Shown here in pieces: positions 47,051 through 55,951 of a DNA stretch of 64,000 nucleotides. The translations under genes and the position numbers were made by a program. This stretch comes from a virus, in the IMG/VR virus record IMGVR_UViG_3300045970_000455, positions 1 to 64,000 of that record; one strand, written 5' to 3'. A model generated the notes under the pieces. It saw only the letters and a program-made list of their open reading frames with translations. It was not told the DNA's origin and did not search any database. Every line of letters starts with the position of its first letter. Position 1 is the first letter of the stretch.

Positions 47051-47508
47051 CAAGGTGTTGATAAATCTAACTCGATTAATTCTACCCCAGCCTCTATTGC
47101 ATAATCTCGCACCTTATTAAACGAGTCACCCCATCGAACCAGTTGTGCTTCGGTAGGCATCGGTGCTACAAATCTAATGATGCCTGCCTGTAGCATATGA
47201 ACAAAACATCGATCACAGGAAATAAATGGATATGTGTAAAGAGTTGTGTTATTCAAATCTTCTTTCGCAAATAATAATGCATTCATTTCGCAATGCACAA
47301 TTCTACTATATTTTTCTGCCCTGTTATTATAGTTTTCTGCTAGATCAGGCATTGCCCCCGGAAAACCGTTAAATCCAGTTGATATCATTCTCTTGCCAGA
47401 AGTAATAACTGCGCCGGTCTGTGTGCTAGGATCTTTAGACCATGTTGATATTAACTTTGCCATCTCCAGGAACCTTAGGTCCCATTTTAGTTGATCTTGT
47501 TGATTCAT
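47047..47508 (-). CDS. dCMP deaminase
   Basis: WSKDPSTQTGA, GFNG, HCEMNA, SCDRC. Confidence 0.9.
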   Translation of the reverse strand: MNQQDQLKWDLRFLEMAKLISTWSKDPSTQTGAVITSGKRMISTGFNGFPGAMPDLAENYNNRAEKYSRIVHCEMNALLFAKEDLNNTTLYTYPFISCDRCFVHMLQAGIIRFVAPMPTEAQLVRWGDSFNKVRDYAIEAGVELIELDLSTPC

Positions 47509-47822
47509 CTCGACAGTCTCTCCCTAACAAGGATATTGGCAAGTTCATCACCGAAGTTATCTTCGTTTGATATAATATACAATGCGGTAAGTCTTCTATC
47601 TAACAGTTGATCGTATTGCACCATTTGCACAATGTGACCACCACCTTTGGCATTGTATAATGTAAAATTCATACCAGACGAATCTTCTAGCCCAATCGTA
47701 TTACTACCCAGATTAATGCCTGTGCTTGCCATTTTGCCTTTGTAGTTATCGCTTACAGCGACACATTCTTCACGCATTGCCCAGCTAATAAATCTTCTAC
47801 TTAATCTTCTAATCATGCTCAT
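47505..47822 (-). CDS. Hypothetical protein
   Basis: Coupled ORF. Confidence 0.65.
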   Translation of the reverse strand: MSMIRRLSRRFISWAMREECVAVSDNYKGKMASTGINLGSNTIGLEDSSGMNFTLYNAKGGGHIVQMVQYDQLLDRRLTALYIISNEDNFGDELANILVRERLSR

Positions 47823-48060
47823 TCTTATAGTTCCATTTTAATTTAAATGCTACTGCATCCATCTCTTGTCTAAATGAATATTGTAATGTATTCATGTCCT
47901 TAATAAAACAATACCAGTCTTCTGTAAACTTACCCACGCAACTGTTACACCAGTCATCCACAGGGTGATTATACCTGCCCGGAGTCATCGACATATCGTT
48001 ACTCGCTGGCCTCCCTGTCATAACGCTATAAGGCCATATTCTTTTATTTAATACTCTCAT
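47809..48060 (-). CDS. Small WC..G..W..FxxxxDAxxFxL family protein
   Basis: WCNSCVG...DW...FRQEMDAVAFKLKW. Confidence 0.7.
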   Translation of the reverse strand: MRVLNKRIWPYSVMTGRPASNDMSMTPGRYNHPVDDWCNSCVGKFTEDWYCFIKDMNTLQYSFRQEMDAVAFKLKWNYKNEHD

Positions 48061-48061
48061 T

Positions 48062-48283
48062 TTACGACCAAACTAACTTAAATGCAACGGCATCCTCTGG
48101 ATTTCTAAAATAGAAGAATGTATTACCAAATGCACCATCCATACACCAAATCATATTATCGGCAATGTCATCATTATAATGCCATCCACCTTTACCGATA
48201 CGTTCCTCACACCAATGCTGCATCTCTGTATGGAGATGATACTTTTCTTTTCCGAATGTTATTTTATGCGTTAGCTTGGCCAT
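48062..48283 (-). CDS. Small WC..G..W..FxxxxDAxxFxL family protein
   Basis: WCEERIG...W...FRNPEDAVAFKLVW. Confidence 0.7.
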   Translation of the reverse strand: MAKLTHKITFGKEKYHLHTEMQHWCEERIGKGGWHYNDDIADNMIWCMDGAFGNTFFYFRNPEDAVAFKLVWS

Positions 48284-48681
48284 TTTAGTTCAAATAGTAT
48301 AGCAGATTCTTCTTTATTAAAATCTATAGCTAGTTTATTACCATCGACAGAATGTATTCTCCAATCCCAGTCGGTTCCTTGCACTCCTACATTTTCTTCT
48401 AACCAAGGCCTATATTTTATGTTTGGCTCGTCGTCAAGCGCCTTCATAAATGGTCTGATAGAAGTATGTAATATGTTCATAGTGGTAACCATTCTAGGAT
48501 AATTCATGTATAATATATATTTGGCATTGTCCCTAAACTTAAACTTGAATATATTATAATATGGATGAATGCCCGATGATAAGTTAGATAAAGGTTGTAT
48601 ACTAATGATTTTATCTGCTATCAATGTAGGGTTAACTGTCCTAATCACAGGCATTATTATCTTCTTAAAATCAAATGTCAC
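48271..48681 (-). CDS. Same family, with an N-terminal segment resembling T4-type major capsid protein
   Basis: IIMPVIRTVNPTLIADKIISIQPL plus WLEENVG...W...FNKEESAILFELKW. Confidence 0.65.
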   Translation of the reverse strand: MTFDFKKIIMPVIRTVNPTLIADKIISIQPLSNLSSGIHPYYNIFKFKFRDNAKYILYMNYPRMVTTMNILHTSIRPFMKALDDEPNIKYRPWLEENVGVQGTDWDWRIHSVDGNKLAIDFNKEESAILFELKWPS

Positions 48682-49577
48682 AATAATTTACTCCATATAG
48701 TTGTATAAAGTGATGTCATTTCTTTGCCTATACATTCTTTTTCAATATCTCTTTCATAACTTTCCTTTATTGTTGTATTATTTGTTTTCCACGGATACGC
48801 TTTTTTATCTCCCCTTAATTTTACATCTTCTTCTGTATAATGAAACGGTCCGTGATATTCTAATATTTCTACGATGTTTTCTTTATCACCCCTGTGGCCA
48901 TCCTTAAATACCACTAAATCATATAACACCCATCTTCCATTTCTATATATTCCCCATTCGTGCAACCCTATATCATAGTCGGCATATGCACATTGCGACA
49001 CAGTATAACCTTTCTGAAGTATATATTTCCTAATATATAATGTAGCTTCCTTGCTTGAGTTAGATTTGTCAAATCCGCCTCTTGCAATTTTAGTAGCAAT
49101 TACCTTCTCTGATACAGACTTATTTTGCATAGGACTGCTATAACCATATTTTTCTATATTTGTGGCTCTTCGTTGCATTTTAACAGAGTCGGCCTGGGCG
49201 CCACAAGCTATACCATAATTTTTAAAGCTGGTTTCTTTTTTCTGCATTTTTATCGAATCTACTTTTGATGGATTATCGACTCCATACAATTCGATAAATT
49301 TATCTTTTATTTTATTTTTTATAATATCAGATGATGCGGGATTGGTGGTCCCGTATCTTTCTAAACTTGTAAGTTTAGCATTCTCTTTACCGCATTTACA
49401 ACATCCTATACCTGCTCTATGATCATTTGCGAATTGTGAGAATTCCCCATGAATAGGACAAATAATTATTATCTTCCTACCTGAACCTGTATATACTACC
49501 TTAGAATAATCATAGTATAATGCACCATCTGGTCTGGTTAACTTAATTTTATCAATATATTGTTCTGTTGTAATCAT
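48678..49577 (-). CDS. Putative homing endonuclease-like protein (DUF723-type Zn motif plus KYG repeats)
   Basis: YDYSKVVY..IICPIHGEF..H..G.GCCKC; ERYG/ELYG/KNYG/EKYG repeats; YDL..EYHG. Confidence 0.7.
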   Translation of the reverse strand: MITTEQYIDKIKLTRPDGALYYDYSKVVYTGSGRKIIIICPIHGEFSQFANDHRAGIGCCKCGKENAKLTSLERYGTTNPASSDIIKNKIKDKFIELYGVDNPSKVDSIKMQKKETSFKNYGIACGAQADSVKMQRRATNIEKYGYSSPMQNKSVSEKVIATKIARGGFDKSNSSKEATLYIRKYILQKGYTVSQCAYADYDIGLHEWGIYRNGRWVLYDLVVFKDGHRGDKENIVEILEYHGPFHYTEEDVKLRGDKKAYPWKTNNTTIKESYERDIEKECIGKEMTSLYTTIWSKLL

Positions 49578-49630
49578 ACTATCTCCTTAATATATTTATC
49601 GTAGATTAAGGAAATAAGCGATATATTTGA

Positions 49631-50074
49631 TTAGATATCGCCGGGTTCGCGATTTTCAGATCTTGTTATAGAAAACTTTCCGCCAGGGTATCTATTTTCC
49701 AATTTAGATACATTATCGGCAATAACCTGATTAGGGTCTACACCCAACGAGCGGCACGCATTTGTCCAATAAAATACAATGTCACCTAATTCCTTCACTA
49801 AATGTGCGTGAACTTCTGGAGTAAGTGTTTTTCCGTGGAATACAAGCTTCTTAACAATTTCGCTGTATTCACCTGCTTCGCCACACATACCCATTGCACC
49901 TACTATTAATAATGGCACATTAACATCTGGGCCGTGTTGATGTACACCGTCCACTACTTCGAAGTTAGCATCCAGACGATCCAAACCATCCACGAAGGTT
50001 GTTAAATCTTCACTTGCCTTGCTTGTTACGCCTTCTACGAATTCCGAGTATTTGTTTAAGTCTATCTTATCCAT
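49631..50074 (-). CDS. MazG-like NTP pyrophosphohydrolase
   Basis: GEAGEYSEIVKK, KELGDIVFY, NVSKLENRYP. Confidence 0.88.
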   Translation of the reverse strand: MDKIDLNKYSEFVEGVTSKASEDLTTFVDGLDRLDANFEVVDGVHQHGPDVNVPLLIVGAMGMCGEAGEYSEIVKKLVFHGKTLTPEVHAHLVKELGDIVFYWTNACRSLGVDPNQVIADNVSKLENRYPGGKFSITRSENREPGDI

Positions 50075-50084
50075 TTTCTTCCTT

Positions 50085-51248
50085 TTAAATATATGTTTCT
50101 TTTCTAACGTGTTTTACTATCTTATAGAACTTTGTAAACGAGTCTATGGTTTTATATGCATTATGTACTCTAAGATTTATAGGTAAACCTTTGTTTGGGT
50201 GTGGCATTAGTTCTATGCTATTATCTGTTATCAGTTTAAGTTCTCTTACAGCGAACTCGCCTACTGCAGGTGGCGATGCTAGGGCTCCCCACCACGAGTT
50301 ATCTAATACATACTTTATTCCTAGATTATTTTCTAGTATGAGTACACCGGGATCTACCATTGCTCCTGTTGCTGCACGTCCTAGTAATCCATATGCTTCA
50401 TCTTTTGATATTTCTACCAGTGTTATTGATGGTTTCGGCACAGGGTGTTTTGACACAAATCTCATATTCTTTGTATAGTTAGTAAATGGTGAGTACGATG
50501 TATCAGAAAATATACAACCACTTACTTTTAAATGTTCATTTATCCTTTTTATTGATTCTTCTTGTGTTATTACCGATTCTGCTTTTTTTATTATAGATAA
50601 GATTTTTGCATCTTTATTATAAAAATATGATGACGGTATATCTGTCCTTTTTATAACCTGTTTTTTTACAGAGGAATGCACCTTAAGAGTTCCGCCAAAT
50701 ATGGAACTTGTCAGCGTGCCATATAGCGACATTACACCGCAGTACTCTCCCGTTATGCCATGCTGTAATAATACAGTATCACCGATAGATACGTCCGATA
50801 GTTGCACCTTATTATCGATTAACTTAGTGTTATCCAATATTTTTGCATATCGGCTATCGGTTATAGGCACAAGTTCCATTTCGGTCGACGAATCATTTCT
50901 TATCCATACACATTCTTCTTGTATGAGATTGTTAGAAATAGCCGAACACCTCAAAATATTTTCTAGATTTAATAAATCAATACGACATGCATATCCGCGG
51001 GGATCAACAACCCTCCATGTCGGTGCAGCGTGTGAACTAACACTCCGAGACATATCGAATAGTGAGAACCCGGGCATAGGCACGTTGTCGAATGTTGTTA
51101 CAAGTTTATTATCTACAGCAAGTTTTTCAAGCTTCTTCTTTTCGTTTACTGAATCACCAACAGGTAACACTGTTGTTATACTTAGTTTATTACCGTAGCT
51201 AAGGTCAGCGTCGTGCCCTATACATATCTTTTCAGGTATATTAATCAT
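50085..51248 (-). CDS. Hypothetical protein
   Basis: 387 aa; FDNVP.PGF, VVDPRG, NL, CVW. Confidence 0.7.
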   Translation of the reverse strand: MINIPEKICIGHDADLSYGNKLSITTVLPVGDSVNEKKKLEKLAVDNKLVTTFDNVPMPGFSLFDMSRSVSSHAAPTWRVVDPRGYACRIDLLNLENILRCSAISNNLIQEECVWIRNDSSTEMELVPITDSRYAKILDNTKLIDNKVQLSDVSIGDTVLLQHGITGEYCGVMSLYGTLTSSIFGGTLKVHSSVKKQVIKRTDIPSSYFYNKDAKILSIIKKAESVITQEESIKRINEHLKVSGCIFSDTSYSPFTNYTKNMRFVSKHPVPKPSITLVEISKDEAYGLLGRAATGAMVDPGVLILENNLGIKYVLDNSWWGALASPPAVGEFAVRELKLITDNSIELMPHPNKGLPINLRVHNAYKTIDSFTKFYKIVKHVRKETYI

Positions 51249-51250
51249 TA

Positions 51251-51481
51251 TTATCCAAAATATAAACGAAATACAGTTGCGTCTTCGCCGGATTCGAATC
51301 CGAATTTATTACTACTTAACATTGTCCATTTGCCATGTATATTTTTCTTACACCACGGCACGACTCCTTTTTTTGATACCTCAGATGTCGATAGATTAAC
51401 TTTTGTGAATGTCCAGCCTGTTGTAGGTATATCACTAAACATTAACTTGTTCATTGGAATGTACGTCTGTTTATCTTCCAT
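51251..51481 (-). CDS. Small WC..G..W..FxxxxDAxxFxL family protein
   Basis: WCKKNIHGKW...FESGEDATVFRL. Confidence 0.7.
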   Translation of the reverse strand: MEDKQTYIPMNKLMFSDIPTTGWTFTKVNLSTSEVSKKGVVPWCKKNIHGKWTMLSSNKFGFESGEDATVFRLYFG

Positions 51482-51503
51482 TAATTCTCCCTATACTACA
51501 CAT

Positions 51504-51532
51504 AGTATAACAGTAACTAAGTATTTTGTCAA
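51504..51532 (-). promoter_or_regulatory. Sigma70-type promoter
   Basis: TTGACA-N17-TATACT. Confidence 0.75.
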
Positions 51533-51551
51533 ATGTGGCTATAAAGCAACA

Positions 51552-52277
51552 TTAAGGTTTGTAACGTTGCCAGGGAGATGTTGATTGAGAGAGTCTATTT
51601 GCTATAATATGCATAGACATTGGATTATGTCCTAATCCTAAATGACTTGCTCCGGGTATTTCTATATTCTCTGAAATATCTGTTTCATCCTCTATAGAAC
51701 ATTCCCAGGATACAACACCATCTGATTTGCTATAGATTGAGGTAAATGGCACTTTAGGTCGTCTAGCAATACCTTCTATGATATTTGGATCGCAATGGCT
51801 TTTATCCTTACTAAGCATTTCATATAACTTTGTAGCATTTGTTGCATGACTATTTTTAAATGGTGTGCCTAGGGTTATTACCTGCCTCACAAGTTTAGGA
51901 CATGCCTTAGATAACTCTCGCGCATATATTCCACCTAGGCTCCATCCTATCAAACTAACCTTGGTGTTATTATTGTTTTCAGATATTTCTCTTACTTTCT
52001 TTTCTATATCTGTTGTTAGTTTTTCTATACCTTTACGTGGTCCTAGATTTCTACCTAATCCCCACGGATGAACATCATACCCAATACCTGTTAAAAAGTT
52101 ACGCATAAACTGAGTCGATCCGTCAGATCCGCCTAGTCCGGGAAATATAATAACCGAATGGCCGTCCCCCTTAGGTGAAATAAACTGTAGCGGTAAACTA
52201 AGCAAGATGCCTTGACCGTACTCAACGGCGCATCTTGCTGCTTCCATTACTAAAAGCATCTTAGACGGTGAATCCAT
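51552..52277 (-). CDS. Alpha/beta hydrolase (lipase/esterase-like)
   Basis: PGL oxyanion motif, GWSLGG, TLGTP, SDGVV, SHLG. Confidence 0.88.
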   Translation of the reverse strand: MDSPSKMLLVMEAARCAVEYGQGILLSLPLQFISPKGDGHSVIIFPGLGGSDGSTQFMRNFLTGIGYDVHPWGLGRNLGPRKGIEKLTTDIEKKVREISENNNNTKVSLIGWSLGGIYARELSKACPKLVRQVITLGTPFKNSHATNATKLYEMLSKDKSHCDPNIIEGIARRPKVPFTSIYSKSDGVVSWECSIEDETDISENIEIPGASHLGLGHNPMSMHIIANRLSQSTSPWQRYKP

Positions 52278-52311
52278 GTGTTATCCTTTACTATAACACT
52301 ATTTAGCATTA

Positions 52312-52902
52312 TCACCTCTTAGAAATAATATGGTCGATTAAACCTATGTCTAATGCTGTTTCTGGTCTGACAAAGTTATCTCTATCTGTAAGTTTTACCA
52401 TTGTTTCGTAGTCTGTCTTACCATATGTATAATCAGCCAACATTTGATTTAACTTTTTCTTTAGATACAGTGTTTCGTTTGTATGAATTTCGATATCAGA
52501 TGCTTGTCCATGATAGCCGGCAAGCACCTGATGGATCATAACTGTAGAGTTTGGTAGGCAATATCTTTTTCCCTTTTCGCCCGCTGCCAATAATAGCGAT
52601 CCCATGCTTGCTGCCATACCTGTTGCATATGTTGCAATGTTTGGTTTAACATAGTTAAAAATATCAATCATTGCCAATCCTGCATTTACAGATCCGCCGG
52701 GTGAGTTAATATACACATTAATATCTTGTTCTGCGTTTTCAGCTTCGAGAAACAATATTTGTGCAATAACAAGCTCAGACATATGCTCCGTAACTTCTCC
52801 ATTAATAAATATAAGTCGTTCCTTTAGCAACCTGCTAAAAATATCATACGACCTTTCTCCACGCGGAGTATTTTCGACTACCATCGGCACTAAATGAGAC
52901 AT
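52312..52902 (-). CDS. clpP: ClpP protease proteolytic subunit
   Basis: [28 protein letters not shown]. Confidence 0.95.
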   Translation of the reverse strand: MSHLVPMVVENTPRGERSYDIFSRLLKERLIFINGEVTEHMSELVIAQILFLEAENAEQDINVYINSPGGSVNAGLAMIDIFNYVKPNIATYATGMAASMGSLLLAAGEKGKRYCLPNSTVMIHQVLAGYHGQASDIEIHTNETLYLKKKLNQMLADYTYGKTDYETMVKLTDRDNFVRPETALDIGLIDHIISKR

Positions 52903-52948
52903 TTTATTTTCCTTTAAATGATAAATATTGTTTTATATTGAGATTATA

Positions 52949-53332
52949 ATGAAACTACGAGAAATACTTAATGAATCCCCAGAGGACACTGTCGCAAGAT
53001 TTTATAAAGAGGCGTCTGCCGACTTCGACAAGTTTCATAACTTAGAAGATACCAAATATAAAGACAAGAACAAAAAATATTACGATGACCATTTCAAACA
53101 ATGGTTCGCCGAAGAAATAACCCCCGTATTCACTAAACCAGTAGATAAACAAACTGTATTATACAGTAATAAGCCAGAGGGAAGCAAGCTTCAATCGCCT
53201 GGATACCGAGGTCTTCAGTATGCATTGCACAATGCAGGACTACCATACAATAAAAATGTGCAGAAATATCATTCAAACTCGTCAGCCATTATATCTGCAG
53301 AAAGAGATGGCGCCAGAAACGATAATAGCTAA
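52949..53332 (+). CDS. Hypothetical late protein (MKLREILNES...)
   Basis: GATAAATA upstream. Confidence 0.7.
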   Translation: MKLREILNESPEDTVARFYKEASADFDKFHNLEDTKYKDKNKKYYDDHFKQWFAEEITPVFTKPVDKQTVLYSNKPEGSKLQSPGYRGLQYALHNAGLPYNKNVQKYHSNSSAIISAERDGARNDNS

Positions 53333-53344
53333 AAGGAAGTATAA

Positions 53345-55951
53345 ATGAAATCACGAGTATCCCCTGGCGCAACAGTAACAGACGGTGGAAATGTTTCTTA
53401 TTCGGGGCCTGCTCGAATATTAAACACCGCGCAAATGACCGGCACTGGCGCACAATATCTATACGATTTATTTGATGTAAATATTCCTACTCCGTTAGAA
53501 GGACAAGTGCTTACATATGACGGCACGACATTTAAATGGGTAAGCGCAGACATTCCTTACGTATCTATTTTTGCTACAGATATTGTAGTAAATGGTGTCA
53601 CAGTAGGGCGCGGTGAAAATCTACCATTCTCTTTTTATACATATGGGCAGCCCGGTGTAGAATACACCATAGTAACGCCGGACACTTCTGCAATCCCAAC
53701 ACAATTCACTGATGCGGGTGCATCATCAAATACAGAAGGAGTAACCTTTACTGCTACAATAGTACCTAACGGTAATGGAACAGTTATATTTGCTAATACA
53801 AAAAATGTAGCGTTGGGTGAGGGTGCGTTGGCAGGCAATGCGGGTGGTAGATTTAATGTTGCTATAGGCAATGGTGCAGGATCAGCTATAACACACGGTT
53901 CAAGCAATGTTATCATAGGTGGTAATGATGGGTCTTCACTTGTTATAGACAGTATAACATCTCTCGATAATCATATAATATTATCAGACGGTGACGGTAA
54001 TATTAGAGCAGAGGTTGATAACACCGGTATATTTAATATACACGGGGAACTAAGAGTAAATGGTGCAACTGTGGGCGGACTTGGTTCGAGTGGCTATAGT
54101 GGTAAGTCAGGATTCAGTGGATGGTCAGGTGTAAGCGGATTCAGTGGATGGTCAGGTGTAAGCGGATTCAGTGGAGCAAGTGGCTATAGTGGTTGGTCTG
54201 GTACAAACGGCACAATAGGTATAGATGGTGTAAGTGGATACAGCGGCTTCAGTGGTGCTGCACCTGTCGATGTTCCGTACACAGCAACCGGTATTTCTAT
54301 GACGGGCGGTACGCTCAACTCTGGAACACTGGCGTCAATACAAACATTCAATGACGGTAGTGTATATGATGTGCAGGAAGGCGACTTAATCCCCGGGTAT
54401 GATATCCGCATTACATTCACCGGTGTGGTTGATTTTAACAAAGCCATAGTAAATATGTTCTATGATGGCACAGCAGGTCATGTTGTGAATATAGAACTTT
54501 ATAATAATACTTTCAGTCAATGGGACACAATATACACACTGACAGGAATAGAAACAGGATTTAATCAGTTCGATTTAGGTGTTGTATCATCTGTTCCGTA
54601 TATATCGGGCGGAACAGTTATATTAAGGATATATCATGTATCGGACGGAAATATTCTACATAATATTAAAGTTGATTATGTTGCTATATCTCGTGCATTA
54701 CAAGGATCGCAAGGTATACAAGGTATAAGCGGTTATAGCGGTGTAAGTGGTTATAGCGGTGTAAGTGGTGCAGCAGGTGCTACAGGCGTTGGCACATTAG
54801 ATGCGTATGGTAATCTTGCTATCGGCCCTGGGGCATTGGCAAGTGGTACATCCAGTAGTCAAGATAATATTGCAATCGGTGTATGTGCATTAAATAAAGA
54901 TACAGGTGGCGCAAATAACATCGCAATGGGCCGCAAGGCGCTATTTTGTAACCTCGGCGGTGTATCTAATATAGCGATGGGTGTTGCTGCATTATGCAAC
55001 AATACACTCGGTTCTAATAACTTAGCCCAGGGCATTAATACACTCCGTAACAACACAACCGGTTGCAACAACGTTGCGATAGGACTTGGCGCACTATATG
55101 GCAATACAGTCGGGTGTAATAACTTAGCAACAGGTAATCATGCACTATACGGCAATACGGCTGGTAATAATAACTCGGCCCAGGGATACTATTCACTCTT
55201 CTGTAACACTACTGGCAGCAATAACATTGCACAAGGATATAAAGCAATATATACCAACACAAGCGGTAGCAATAATATTGCTATAGGATGTTTAGCATTA
55301 TGCAGCAACACAGTAGGTGATGGAAATATAGCAATTGGTAAAGGTGCTGGTTTATCTTTAGTATCGGGTGGAAATAATACAGTTATCGGTTCTTTACCAG
55401 GCAGTGCAGATTGCAGTAATACAGTGCTTATCGGTGCAGGTACCTGTGAGCGGCTCCGCGTTGATAACAGTGGATTATATGTAAATAACACGTTATTTAA
55501 CTCTGCCGGCGGCACAGGTGTTACAACACTAACCGGATCAACCAGTAACTTAGCACTAATAGTTACCAATATAGCAGAACCGGTGACTGTTTCTGCAACA
55601 GCAGCGACAGGTACAATAGCGTATGATGTTACAACTCAATCAGTATTGTATTATACATCATCGGCAGCGGCAAACTGGACAGTCAACTTTAGAGCAAGTG
55701 CAGGAACAGCATTAAATACAGTAATGTCGATTGGACAGGCCATAACCGTTGTGTTTTCTGTAACACAAGGTGCAACAGCATATTATAATAATGGATGGCA
55801 GGTAGACGGGTCAGCAGTGGTACCAAAATGGCAGGGAGGAGCAGCGCCGAGTTCAGGTAATGTAAGTTCGATTGATGTATATAGTTACACGATTATCAAA
55901 ACCGCTAATGCTACATTTACTGTATTGGCAAGTCAGACAAAGTTCGCATAA
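53345..55951 (+). CDS. Tail-fibre / adhesin protein with GxSG collagen-like and 14-aa NIAIGxxAL repeats
   Basis: Repeats visible in the translation; C-terminal PKWQGG..P..IDVYSY domain. Confidence 0.8.
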   Translation: MKSRVSPGATVTDGGNVSYSGPARILNTAQMTGTGAQYLYDLFDVNIPTPLEGQVLTYDGTTFKWVSADIPYVSIFATDIVVNGVTVGRGENLPFSFYTYGQPGVEYTIVTPDTSAIPTQFTDAGASSNTEGVTFTATIVPNGNGTVIFANTKNVALGEGALAGNAGGRFNVAIGNGAGSAITHGSSNVIIGGNDGSSLVIDSITSLDNHIILSDGDGNIRAEVDNTGIFNIHGELRVNGATVGGLGSSGYSGKSGFSGWSGVSGFSGWSGVSGFSGASGYSGWSGTNGTIGIDGVSGYSGFSGAAPVDVPYTATGISMTGGTLNSGTLASIQTFNDGSVYDVQEGDLIPGYDIRITFTGVVDFNKAIVNMFYDGTAGHVVNIELYNNTFSQWDTIYTLTGIETGFNQFDLGVVSSVPYISGGTVILRIYHVSDGNILHNIKVDYVAISRALQGSQGIQGISGYSGVSGYSGVSGAAGATGVGTLDAYGNLAIGPGALASGTSSSQDNIAIGVCALNKDTGGANNIAMGRKALFCNLGGVSNIAMGVAALCNNTLGSNNLAQGINTLRNNTTGCNNVAIGLGALYGNTVGCNNLATGNHALYGNTAGNNNSAQGYYSLFCNTTGSNNIAQGYKAIYTNTSGSNNIAIGCLALCSNTVGDGNIAIGKGAGLSLVSGGNNTVIGSLPGSADCSNTVLIGAGTCERLRVDNSGLYVNNTLFNSAGGTGVTTLTGSTSNLALIVTNIAEPVTVSATAATGTIAYDVTTQSVLYYTSSAAANWTVNFRASAGTALNTVMSIGQAITVVFSVTQGATAYYNNGWQVDGSAVVPKWQGGAAPSSGNVSSIDVYSYTIIKTANATFTVLASQTKFA
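54110..54174 (+). repeat. 27-bp tandem repeat encoding GFSGWSGVS
   Basis: GGATTCAGTGGATGGTCAGGTGTAAGC about 2.4 copies. Confidence 0.85.
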
